From assembly GCA_963696385.1 (NCBI GenBank), contig CAVOKF010000004.1, positions 64,001-128,000 of the forward strand: a stretch of 64,000 nt of DNA, read 5' to 3'. This document shows, piece after piece, positions 30,976 through 40,683 of this stretch (its first letter is position 1; each line of letters opens with the position of its first letter). The stretch is from an uncultured delta proteobacterium (lineage in GTDB: Bacteria > Myxococcota_A > Polyangia > Polyangiales > Polyangiaceae). The notes beneath the pieces are model-generated. The model was not told the DNA's origin. It was given only the letters and a program-made list of their open reading frames with translations, and did not search any database. A program made the position numbers and the translations under genes.

Positions 30976-31647
30976 ATGTTCCCCCGGTCAATCCACATGA
31001 AGTCAGCGGGCGGCCATTGCGCAACATGGGTGCCGAATTCGCTGGCATTGCGCGTTATATCTTTTACACCTCATTCGGTGGTCATGGCTCGCACCGATTT
31101 GCCAAACCAATGGCTCCCCCGGGGGCTTCGCTTTCGTTACGTTGGGAAGATCTCTGCCGACGGAAATCATATCAACCGCGGAACACAGATCACCACGTTT
31201 GGAATGGAACCGGGGGCGGGGCCATTCTATGCGGCGTGGGGGTCAGCCATCGATGATGTCCCCGGTGATGACGGACTCGCTTGCGCCTCGTGGGTGGCTG
31301 GAGCCGCCTACCAATCAGCGGAGGGTTCGCTGGCGCCACAAGCAGCATCTCCGCCGGCACAACAACAGGCATCCCGGCCAGAACAGCCAGCGGCATCTGC
31401 AACGGCAGAGCAGGTGGAAAGGTCCTTGCCCACGGACAACGTTGCCAATACGGCCATCGACAACGGTTTCAAGCAATGGTCGTCTGCTTGGATGTTCGAT
31501 CGGTACGTACCCGGCAGCGCTAGGGTGACGGACAGAGGGTTCAAGCAAGGGACGTACGTCATCCGCGGCGTTTTTGATTTCATACGGGACGACGGGAGTT
31601 CGGTCGACCAACGAGCGCGTAAACACTCCGTTGCTGGCGGCCGCTGA
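30976..31647 (+). CDS. Hypothetical protein (possibly fragmented)
   Basis: Lower-GC ORF with a Gln/Ala linker; no recognised motif. Confidence 0.35.
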   Translation: MFPRSIHMKSAGGHCATWVPNSLALRVISFTPHSVVMARTDLPNQWLPRGLRFRYVGKISADGNHINRGTQITTFGMEPGAGPFYAAWGSAIDDVPGDDGLACASWVAGAAYQSAEGSLAPQAASPPAQQQASRPEQPAASATAEQVERSLPTDNVANTAIDNGFKQWSSAWMFDRYVPGSARVTDRGFKQGTYVIRGVFDFIRDDGSSVDQRARKHSVAGGR

Positions 31648-31886
31648 GCCGCCGATGCTCACGAGCAGCTTCGCGTGGCCGTGGTGGCCAGCGGCACTCA
31701 AGGGGTTCGAGCCGCCGGACGGCCTTGCTGTGCCGGCAACAACGCTTCCGCCGAGCTCGTCAGGTCTGAGCCTGCAACCCTATGCCAACCCTTGGGTGTC
31801 GACGGCGTGTTCTGTAATGCAGAAGCCTCCCGTTGCGCAAGAGTGCCATTTGCGTTAGTTTCATTCTCCTGGGGAGAACTGACGGC

Positions 31887-32981
31887 ATGCCTCTCGGACC
31901 GAAGCTGCGCTCCGCCCGCGAGAAGGCGGGGCTGAGCCAAGCGGATGCTTGCGCGCGGTCTGGCGTTGGCGAATCGTCGCTCTCCGAGTTCGAGAACGGG
32001 CGGCGGGCTCCGAGCCTCGCGCAGCTCGACGCCCTCGCGCGGACCTACTCCCGCTCGCTGGCCTCCCTGCTCTCGGACGAGCCCGAACCAGCCACCGTCG
32101 TGCTCTGGAGACAGCGACCGCCCGCGGGGGCCGAGGACGTCGAGGCCAAGTTCCTTCGGTTGTCCGAGCAGTACGCGAATCTGGAACGGTGGTGCGGTGA
32201 GAAGACGCGCTCCCGTTTGCCGTCACCCCCCGCAACCCCCAACATGGCTTCGAACGCCGCCGAGGAGATGGCTCGTTCCGTCCGCGTCCTGCTGGGGCTT
32301 GGCGACCGGCCGGCTCTCGGCCTTCTGCGCGTGCTCGAAGAGGACTACGGAGCGAAGATCTTTCACCTTCCGTTCGAGCCCACAGGAACGGCGGCCTGCA
32401 CACGAAGCGAGGCCTTCGGTGACGCGGTCCTCTTGAGCGCGGGCAGCGTCCGATGGCGTCGAAACTTCGACCTCGCCCACGAATTGTTCCACTTGCTGAC
32501 GTGGAATGTGTTCCGACCCGCGTCCGCCACCAGCACGAAGCCGGAAGAGAAGCTGGCCGATCGGTTTGCCTCGGCCCTTCTGCTCCCCGAAGAGGCGCTC
32601 CGCTCGGCCGTGACCCGAAGGCTCACCAACACGAACCGGGTGACCACCGCCGCCCTATTCGAGATCGCTCGCGACTTCGACGTATCCGTGGATGCTTTGG
32701 TCTGGCGCCTGCACGATCTCTACGGGGGCAAGGACCGTGCGTATACCAAGGCCCGGATCCAGGCGCTTCATGAGGTCGCCAAGCTCTACGAAGAGCGCAC
32801 CCGGGACGTTCCCTCCGCCCGTCCGGAGCGCTTCCGCGCGCTGGCGGTCACGGCCCTTCGCTCGGGGGAGATTTCGACGGGACGTTTCGCCGAGTACCTC
32901 GGGATTACCCGCGGGGAGGCGATGAAGTACGTGGAGCAGGAGGGCCCCCCGGATGAAGCGCTGGAGCTCGCTGCTCCTTGA
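31887..32981 (+). CDS. XRE-HTH plus ImmA/IrrE-family metallopeptidase
   Basis: LRSAREKAGLSQ..SEFENG; RRNFDLAHELFH (HExxH); ADRFASALLLP. Confidence 0.92.
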   Translation: MPLGPKLRSAREKAGLSQADACARSGVGESSLSEFENGRRAPSLAQLDALARTYSRSLASLLSDEPEPATVVLWRQRPPAGAEDVEAKFLRLSEQYANLERWCGEKTRSRLPSPPATPNMASNAAEEMARSVRVLLGLGDRPALGLLRVLEEDYGAKIFHLPFEPTGTAACTRSEAFGDAVLLSAGSVRWRRNFDLAHELFHLLTWNVFRPASATSTKPEEKLADRFASALLLPEEALRSAVTRRLTNTNRVTTAALFEIARDFDVSVDALVWRLHDLYGGKDRAYTKARIQALHEVAKLYEERTRDVPSARPERFRALAVTALRSGEISTGRFAEYLGITRGEAMKYVEQEGPPDEALELAAP

Positions 32982-33480
32982 CGCCAACGTCATCATCGAG
33001 CTGTTCAAACAGGGCATTTGGGATCGGGTCGTGGCCGAATGCGACATCTACGCCGCTGAAACTGTGGTCGGCGAGGCTCACTTCTTCGAGGACGACGCGG
33101 GCGTTCGGCACGACTTTGACCTGGGCGCCTCCATCGCCGACGGTCGGATCCAGCAGTTCAGCGTGGCCGCAGCCTCCGTGAAGAAGTTCGTGGCCACCTT
33201 CGGCCTCGACTACATCGAAAAGCTCGACGCCGGGGAGGCCGAGTCGCTCGCCTACCTGGAGCACGCGTCCGACGATCATCGCATCTGCTCGGCCGATGCG
33301 ATCGTCTTCCGGGTCCTCGGCAACCTCGACCGAGGTCACCAAGGCGTTTCACTTCAGGAGGTGCTTGGCAAACTCGGCCTGCAACGGCCTCTTGCCCGGC
33401 AGTTCACCAAGCTCGCCCGCGAGCGTTGGACAGCTCAGGGAGTGACCGAGCGATTGCAGGGAAGAGGACGAAAAACGTGA
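32953..33480 (+). CDS. PIN-domain protein paired with HTH-IrrE
   Basis: LLDANVII..E..LDAGEAESLA..CSAD. Confidence 0.8.
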   Translation: MKRWSSLLLDANVIIELFKQGIWDRVVAECDIYAAETVVGEAHFFEDDAGVRHDFDLGASIADGRIQQFSVAAASVKKFVATFGLDYIEKLDAGEAESLAYLEHASDDHRICSADAIVFRVLGNLDRGHQGVSLQEVLGKLGLQRPLARQFTKLARERWTAQGVTERLQGRGRKT

Positions 33481-33565
33481 AGCCAGAGCTTAGGCTCTGC
33501 CTGTCCTGACGTTCCGGCACTTGGAGCCGGTCTCGAAAGTCGGAAAGTTGGCCGTCGGGGCTGAT

Positions 33566-34315
33566 TCATCGGGCCACACGTGGGCGACGGAAGGTCTCGG
33601 CGGCATTGTGAGCGATGATGCCGCACGCGAAGTGAAGCATGGCGAGATAATTGTCGTCCTTGATTTCCCAGCGCACGAGGATGCGTCGGAAACGATTCAT
33701 CCAGGAGTGTGAACGCTCCACGACCCAACGGCGGGGCTTGTGTCCTTCAGGCCGAGGGTCGGGAACGTCTTCGCCGCGTGCACGGATGTGGTCGACGTAG
33801 TTTTCGTTACGAACGAGAACGCGAACGAAGGCGTAGTCGTACCCTTTGTCGAGGCAGATATTCTGCGGCCCCGCATCGGGGGCAGGTCGCGCGACAGGGA
33901 TGCTCTGCAGAGTGGCTTCAACGAGCTTGCAGTCGTGGCGGTTGGCTCCGTCGATGGCTAGGCCAATCGGCACGCCGCGTGCGTCCGTCAACAGCGAGCG
34001 TTTAGCGCCTAATTTGCCGCGATCCGTGGGATTGCGACCCGTTTTTTTCCCCCCGAGCGGAGCCTTCGTCGTGGCTCCGTCCATCGACTGCCAGGACCAG
34101 TCGATGCCGGCCAAGTCGTCATATCGCTGCAGTCCAACTTGCCAGAACTTCGCAAACACACCGGCCCGCGCCCACGTCTGAAACCACCTGTGGACCGTGC
34201 TCGGACGACCGAAATGACGTGGCAATGCCTTCCACTGACATACAGTACGAAGAACGTACAGAATGCCCTCCATCGTCCGTCGTGCATCAACCCGTGGACG
34301 TCCACTGCGCTTCCG
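33566..34315 (-). pseudogene. IS5-family transposase, 5'-truncated
   Basis: GRPR..ILYVLRT..QW, SMDG, KAPLGGKKTG, LDKGYD, RWVVERSHSW; N-terminus replaced by IS21-type repeats. Confidence 0.85.
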
Positions 34316-34630
34316 TGCCAAACGCCACCCTCATGGGGCCAGGTTCCGGGGTTTTCGCCACGCTCATGGGGCCAGCCAATCGCCAGGGTCATGGGGCCAC
34401 CCGCAAGGGACATGCCGTAAATTCGCCAAGGCCATGGGGCCACTCGATCGCCAGGGTCATGGGGCCAGCCCCGCTCTGAGATCAGTGCCCTGGTTCGACG
34501 ACCGAGAGCAAAGGCACGGTGCCAATCGACGACGGTGCGGGTCGCCGTCGGGAGGTGCCGATGGGCTTTCGGGAGCTAACCATGACCGACGTTCGAGAAG
34601 TGCTTCGCAGATGGCAATCTGGACATTAAG
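34316..34630 (+). mobile_element. IS21-type left end (five CATGGGGCCA repeats) with a truncated istA start
   Basis: TG start; repeats at 34332, 34365, 34390, 34433 and 34458; MGFRELTMTDVREVLRRWQSGH* from 34562. Confidence 0.75.
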
Positions 34631-34775
34631 CGGCGCCCTTGTCGTGATCCACTGCGCGTCGGGAAAGTGATCCGGGCGCCGGCGTGGTTCGGGGGTCTAA
34701 GCGGCGGGATCGTGACCCACCCCGCCGGTGCCGAGGTGTGAGCGTGCGCGGCGTCCGTCGAGGACGCTCGCGGCC

Positions 34776-36017
34776 ATGGCGCCGTGTCGATGTACCGAGT
34801 GTCGGAAGTGGTTCGAGCCGTCGGTGACGACGGGGTCGCGTCAGCGCGTGTGCGGAAAGGAGTGTCGGCGGCTGCGCCAAAATAAGCTCGCGCGACGGCG
34901 ACGTCGCGGCGAGCGGGGCGAGCGATGCGCCGAGGAGGCTGCGCGTCAGCGCGCGCACCGACAAGCGAAGAGGGGGGCTTGTCACGCGCCACCTTCGGAT
35001 GACAAGTACCTGGAATTGCTTTTGAAACTCGAGCAAATCGTGGACGACGGTGCGCGCCTGTCACGCGCCACCTTCCGACGCGAAGTGCGCCGAATTTTTC
35101 GACAAAACGGCCTATTCGGGGCAGCCGATATGGACGGAGCTGGACGGTGTCACACGCCACCTTCGGTGCTGGGACCTGCGGAAATGGGCTCTGGATCCGT
35201 CGTCCGCGTAGACGGTGTCACGCGGTTGGTGAGGGCGGGCTGTGATGGGCTCCGCGACGTGAGCGCCACCGCCCATGCCGAGCGTCGCGTCGCCCTAGCC
35301 GAGCTCGGCGAGCGCCTCGGGACCCTTCGTCTCGCCGACGCCGCGGCGCTGGCGGCGATGCGGTCGTCGCTTGCGCACCACGGGCAGCTGTCGCCCGTAC
35401 GGGCGTTCGAGCACGACGGACGGCTCGAGGTGTTCGACGGCTTCAAACGGCTGCGCGTCGCGCGCGGTCTGGGCCTAGGGGAGTTGAGCGCCCGCGTCGT
35501 CGACGTCGATGTCGTCGAGGCCACCGTGCACATGCGCGAGCTCCAGGCCGGGCGCGGTCACCCCGCTGGAGGAAGGCTGGATGGTGCGTGCGCTTTACCG
35601 AGATTGCCACTTGAGCCAAGGCGCCATTGCCGCACGCCTTCGTTGCCATAAGACCTGGGTGTGCCGCCGGCTGCTGCTGGTCGAAGCCCTCGACTCGAGC
35701 GTCCAGGCCGATGTGCGGTTGGGATTGCTGGCCGCGCGGGCGGCGGTGCTCGTCTCGGCGTTGCCACGTGGCAACCAGGCTCCCGCCGCCAGCGTCGTGA
35801 TCCGGCGCGGGCTCACGGTCCGCCAGACGGCTCTTCTGGTGCGCGAGCTCATCGACGCCGGCGAGTCCGGGACCCAGCAGGCGATCCTGGAGCGCTGGAC
35901 CCAGGGGCCCCCTGCGACGGCGCGCCCGGGCGTACGCGCGATCCGCGGGGTGGTCGAGACCCTCGCCTGGGACATCTCGACGATCCGACGCAGCGCGGGG
36001 CGCCTGCAAGCCCATGA
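34776..36017 (+). pseudogene. Zinc-finger ORF followed by a frameshifted ParB/Srx-like gene within an IS21 remnant
   Basis: CTECRKWF..RQRVCGKEC; SLAHHGQLSPV..VFDGFKR; after a shift near 35557, TPLEEG..LSQGAIA..HKTWVCRRL. Confidence 0.75.
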
Positions 36018-36649
36018 CCGCGCGCTGGCGGACCCGCGAAGAATTGATCCATCAGGTCGTGGTGCTCACGGCGCAGGGGATGAGCCGCCGCGCCATTACG
36101 CGCGCGGTGGGGGTCAGTCGCAACACCATTCGCAAGATTCTCAGCGCCCATGGCAAGGCGCGCGATACTGGGCATACGGCGCTGCCGCCCCGTCCGGAGC
36201 GACTGCCGAATCCAACCAAGATCGACGCCTATCGCGGTCGCGTTCAGGAGCTGCTCGCGCGCTATCCCGACATCACCGCTCAGCGTGTATTCGAGATCTT
36301 GAAGGACGAGGGATTCACCGGCGGATACACGGGAGTCAAAAGGCACCTGCGGCGCACCCGCCCGGCGCCCAAACCCACGCCCAGCCTGGAAGCGCCCGTG
36401 TTCGGGCCCGGCAAGATGGCCGAGAGCGACTGGTCGCCCTATGCGATCACGTACACCGACGGCCGCTCCGAGATCGTGCAAGTGTTCTCGTACGTCCTGG
36501 TCTACTCCAAAAGAAAGTTCTACGACGCCTTCGGCTCGCCGGACCTCTTCGCCTTGTTGGACGGCCACGGCGCGCGTTCGCACGCTTCCAGGGCTGCGCC
36601 GAAGGGTGCAAGTACGACAGCCAGAAGCTTCAACGCTCGCCAGAAATGA
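36014..36649 (+). pseudogene. istA: Truncated IS21 transposase N-terminus
   Basis: GMSRRAI..VSRNTIRK, TKIDAY, PGKMAESDW, YS; breaks before the catalytic core is complete. Confidence 0.85.
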
Positions 36650-36712
36650 CCCGGGTGTGCTCGCGAGAAAAGGTCCGCCTCGGGAAGCGAGGGCGGGAAG
36701 CGATGCTCGGGG

Positions 36713-36928
36713 GTGTGCCGGCCGCGTCCTTGTACGATCTGTCGTCGATGGTTCCGTCCTGATCCTCGCGTAGGCGAGCGTCAGCGGGCGTGCTCGAGGG
36801 CGTGCAACGCCGAGCTGCGCAAACGGACGCAAGCGGCGTGGCGGACGCGTCACCCGGAGTACGCGAGGCACCGTCACGGTGGACGCGATGTTTTGAGAAT
36901 GGGCGAAGCGCGGCGGCGCGTAGTCTGA
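36713..36928 (+). pseudogene. Second zinc-finger ORF fragment, homologous to the one at 34776
   Basis: CTICRRWFRP..RQRACSRAC. Confidence 0.6.
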
Positions 36929-37823
36929 GAGAGCGACGGTGGTGAAAATCGCGCTCAGAAGATAAAGCGGCCCAGGCAGGGAATGGCTTGAGAATGGAGT
37001 GGGCGCAAAATCAAACCGGAGATCCCAACGTTGCCAGATGAGAATCTGTCGTCGTCATGCATCGTCCAGACGGACCAGTCGAGCCCCTTCACCAACTGTT
37101 GCCGTGCGCGCTATTTGCACCAATCTCCACCGGTCTGGATGATCGCGATTTGCGCAATGCCATGCGAACGTCGCGGTGGGTAATTTGAAACGATCTCGGG
37201 GCGATCCATGGGGCTACCGCGCCGAAGGGCGACATCGCGTGCCCTGAGGCAACGGCGGCTTGGTTTGCTCGTCTTCGGGTGCCGTTCCGGGCACCCTACG
37301 ACCGAGCGCTTGAAAATCGGCGCGGTCACCGTCGTTTCCGACGTTCGCTGCGCGCCCACTTTCGCGCACTCTGCGTGATCCCGATCACTCGGCTGCGCGA
37401 TCCTTTGGATCACCAAGCGCGCGCGAAATCGGATGCAGATCGACCAACGAGTGCGGGCGTTAACACCAACAAGCCAAGACTTGCGCCGTGGGGCCCAGTA
37501 CGGCGACGCACGCGCGATGATCAGCGTGTTGAATCTCGAGAACGACTGCCAGGCGGACTCGGCAAGCCGACGGCTGCGGTGGCTCAGCCGTTGGAAAGAG
37601 ACGCTCGACACCGCCTCGCAGTGCCTCCGACTTGGAACCGGTGATCGGCCAGACCATGCCCTCCGTGAATCGACCCGGGCGCAGAGGTTTTCGGGGGAAA
37701 CGGCGGTCGGATGGTCCGAATGCGCGAACGGCGCGACGTTCCGAGCGGGACCGAAGACACGCGTGCCCCGCCCACGCCTGGGAGCTACTTGCACGACTTA
37801 TCGATATGGGTTAATTTCTTGTC

Positions 37824-38114
37824 GTGATCCGCTCTTTTGCGGACAAGCGGACAGCAGACCTCTTCTACGGCCATTCGACGGCACGGTCGCGACGGGTTCC
37901 AACGGACGTCATGAGGACAGCCTTACGTAAGCTCGCACAGCTCGACGCCGCCGCGCGTCTCGAGGATCTCCGCGTGCCGCCGGCCAACCGTCTCGAGGCG
38001 CTTGCCGGGCAGATGCGGGGCCTGCATAGCATTCGCGTGAACGATCAGTGGCGAATCGTGTTCCGCTGGCGCGACGACGGACCCCACGAGGTTGCGTTCA
38101 CGGACTACCACTAG
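37824..38114 (+). CDS. higB: HigB-family toxin
   Basis: IRSFADK..LRVPPANRLEAL..HSIRVNDQWRIVF..DYH. Confidence 0.92.
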   Translation: MIRSFADKRTADLFYGHSTARSRRVPTDVMRTALRKLAQLDAAARLEDLRVPPANRLEALAGQMRGLHSIRVNDQWRIVFRWRDDGPHEVAFTDYH

Positions 38115-38122
38115 AGCAGACA

Positions 38123-38425
38123 ATGACGATCAAGCGCGATCCTAACCGCATGGGGGTGCCGGTGCACCCGGGTGAGGTTCTTCTCGAGGAGTTTCTGCGC
38201 CCGCTCGGGCTCTCGCAAGCAACGCTCGCCCGCCACCTCAACGTCTCGCTGGTGCGGGTCAACGAACTGGTGAAAGGCAAACGCGGCGTCAGCGCAGAGA
38301 CGGCGTGGCTCCTCGCTCAGACCTTCGGCACGACGCCGCAATTCTGGATCAATCTGCAGTCAAACTACGACCTCGCGAAGGCCCGGCCCGCGCACGGCGT
38401 CGCAAAGATCCGGCGGGCGAGCTGA
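38123..38425 (+). CDS. higA: HigA-family antitoxin
   Basis: HPGEVLLEEFL..GKRGVS..FWINLQ. Confidence 0.93.
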   Translation: MTIKRDPNRMGVPVHPGEVLLEEFLRPLGLSQATLARHLNVSLVRVNELVKGKRGVSAETAWLLAQTFGTTPQFWINLQSNYDLAKARPAHGVAKIRRAS

Positions 38426-38658
38426 CGCTCGTCGCCGCCGACTCGCAAGGTCCGCCCTCAGCTGCGCACGGGTCGCCATGACGCGGCTTCAGAGCGTCGG
38501 TCGGTGTTCCGTCGGTGCCCCGAGCACTGAAGAAACGGTCCCCGGCCTGCCGCGTTCTCTGCGCCCAGAGCGGGCACGGTTTGGGTGTTAGCAGCCACGC
38601 GGATCCGTACGGCGGAAACCTTGACGCTATGGTCTTTAGGCCATACGCTCTGACGAGG

Positions 38659-38961
38659 ATGGCAACGAAATTCAGCACCTTCGTGCGCGAGATCGAGGAT
38701 GAGGCGAAGGCTGAGGGGGCGGAGGCCGTGAAGCAGCTCGACGCCCTGCGCACTCACTTCCGCCTGGGCCGTCGCATCGCGGAGGCGCGGCTCGCCCGAG
38801 ACCTGACCCAGAGGCAGGTCGCGAACCTAGCCGGCATCGACCAGGCGGATGTCTCCAACATTGAGCGGGGGGCGGCGAACCCGACGTTCAACACGCTCAA
38901 CGCGCTGGTCTCTGCGGTCGGAATGGAACTCGACCTGAAGAAGAGCCGACGCGCGCGGTAG
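38659..38961 (+). CDS. XRE-family HTH protein (orphan antitoxin-like)
   Basis: LTQRQVA..IDQADVSNIERG.ANPT. Confidence 0.85.
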   Translation: MATKFSTFVREIEDEAKAEGAEAVKQLDALRTHFRLGRRIAEARLARDLTQRQVANLAGIDQADVSNIERGAANPTFNTLNALVSAVGMELDLKKSRRAR

Positions 38962-39079
38962 CCCGCTCACCCGGGCCATCGGGCGTCTCGCCAGCCAGCC
39001 GCGTGCAGGACCATGCGCCGCGCGCCCTCTCGAACCTTGCTGTTGCGTCCGCCTCGGCAACGTGCTGACCTAACGTTCG

Positions 39080-40663
39080 TCACTGCTTGACGATCTTCAG
39101 CACTGTGCCATCTGTGTAGTTGTTGGCGACCGTCCCTTGGCTGATCCAGTAAACGCTTGTGGCATCCACGGCAATTTCCCATGGATTGTTCTGAGCCAAG
39201 GCGAGGGTAGTCGTCGCCCCACCGGTAAGGGGCATCTTCACGATCGCGCCGTCCATAAAGTCGTGAATCTCCATTCCCGCATTCGTCCAATAAAGACTCG
39301 TCGCATCCACGGTGATGAATTGAGGCGCGTTTTGACTCGACGCGAGCACGATAGGGGTACCTCCTCCGATTGGCACGCTCATCACGGTGCCGTCTGTGAA
39401 ATTGTTGTCCTTTGTCCCCTCTTCCACCCAGTACACGTTGCTTGCATCGACGACGATCCCACCGGTGGAATTCTGCATCTGGGCAAGCATCTTGGGTGGA
39501 CCGCCGCTCAGCGGGACACTCATCACTGTGCCCGTGAGTGGTGAGCCCGCAGCGAAGTTGGTCCAGTAGACGCTTGTGGCATCGACGGCAATGAAGCTGG
39601 CTCCGTTTTGCTGCGTGGCGAGAATTGTCGGTTTACCGCCACCGAGAGGTACTTTCATGACCGTGCTGTCACTCGCCCAGTAGACGCTCGTCCCGTCCAC
39701 GGCGACGCCGGTCGGCAAATCCTGCCCGGACGCGAGTGTCGTCGCCGTGCCGCCCGCAAGGGGAACCTGCATCACAGTGCCGGCTGCGACCTGGGTCGTC
39801 CAGTAGACGCTTGTGAGATTGACGGCGACGCCATAGGGAGCGCTCTGCCCGGACGCGAGAGTAACAGTCGAGCCTCCACCGCGCGGCACTTTCATAACCG
39901 TACCGTCAATGGGGGTGCCGCCGTCCGCATACGTTCCGTTGTTCGTCCAGTAGACGCTCGTGGCGTCAACCGCGATGCCCACCGGGTCGTCCTGTCCGGA
40001 CGCAAGCGTCACGGGCTGGCACACTCGAGCCAGGCATATTCCACCGAGACAGCTGTGTCCGCAAGCGCCGCAGTTCAAGGAGTCCGCGTCCTCGTCTACG
40101 CACGACCCGTTGCAGCGAGTGGGTGCGCCGGGGGGGCACCCGGACGCGCAAGCGAACAAAGCCCCTGCGTCGGCGGCCAAGCAAAGCGGGGCCGCCGGCG
40201 AGCAGCTCGTGCCGCAACCCCCGCAAGTCGCGGCCGCGGACAGGTCAGTCCCGCAACCCGTGCCCGAATCCGCGCAGTCGGCGTAGCCTGCGGCGCACGA
40301 GTAGGAGCACTTTCTTCCAACGCAATGCAGCCCCGCGGCGCTGACGTTGCCGAGTTGCGTGCAGTCGTTATCGCATGAGCCGCAAGTGTGCACGTCGTCA
40401 GGCGACAGGCAGCCGGCGTCGCAGGTCAGCGTACCGCTCGCGCACCCTGGGCTTGTCCCTTCAACTGCGTCGCTGCCGGTATCGACATAGCTAATTGCTT
40501 CGCTGCTCGCTTCGGCCGGTTGAACATCGACGCTCGCATCCACCACTCCTGCCTCGGATGGGTACGGCACGCCCTCAGCCGCCGTAGTCCCGTTGCAGCT
40601 GGCCCCGAACACAACCGCGCCCACAAACGCGCCGGATGCCGCCACTGCGTGGATGTTGTTCAT
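39080..40663 (-). CDS. Secreted Cys-rich repeat protein with YW-repeat beta-propeller, copy 1
   Basis: Signal with GASC, CGxC repeats and seven IAVDATSVYW-type blades. Confidence 0.85.
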   Translation of the reverse strand: MNNIHAVAASGAFVGAVVFGASCNGTTAAEGVPYPSEAGVVDASVDVQPAEASSEAISYVDTGSDAVEGTSPGCASGTLTCDAGCLSPDDVHTCGSCDNDCTQLGNVSAAGLHCVGRKCSYSCAAGYADCADSGTGCGTDLSAAATCGGCGTSCSPAAPLCLAADAGALFACASGCPPGAPTRCNGSCVDEDADSLNCGACGHSCLGGICLARVCQPVTLASGQDDPVGIAVDATSVYWTNNGTYADGGTPIDGTVMKVPRGGGSTVTLASGQSAPYGVAVNLTSVYWTTQVAAGTVMQVPLAGGTATTLASGQDLPTGVAVDGTSVYWASDSTVMKVPLGGGKPTILATQQNGASFIAVDATSVYWTNFAAGSPLTGTVMSVPLSGGPPKMLAQMQNSTGGIVVDASNVYWVEEGTKDNNFTDGTVMSVPIGGGTPIVLASSQNAPQFITVDATSLYWTNAGMEIHDFMDGAIVKMPLTGGATTTLALAQNNPWEIAVDATSVYWISQGTVANNYTDGTVLKIVKQ

Positions 40664-40683
40664 ACTCAACGGGGCCTCTTGAA

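Noticed and set aside
34316..34470. Five CATGGGGCCA repeats as a possible CRISPR array
   Set aside because: The repeats are short, spacing is irregular (25-43 bp), no cas genes are present, and an istA start follows. This fits an IS21 end.
23310..39000. Downstream attR (tRNA-Leu 3' duplicate) for Int B
   Set aside because: No copy was seen to the right of the tRNA in this window; the only duplicate found is upstream at 7348.
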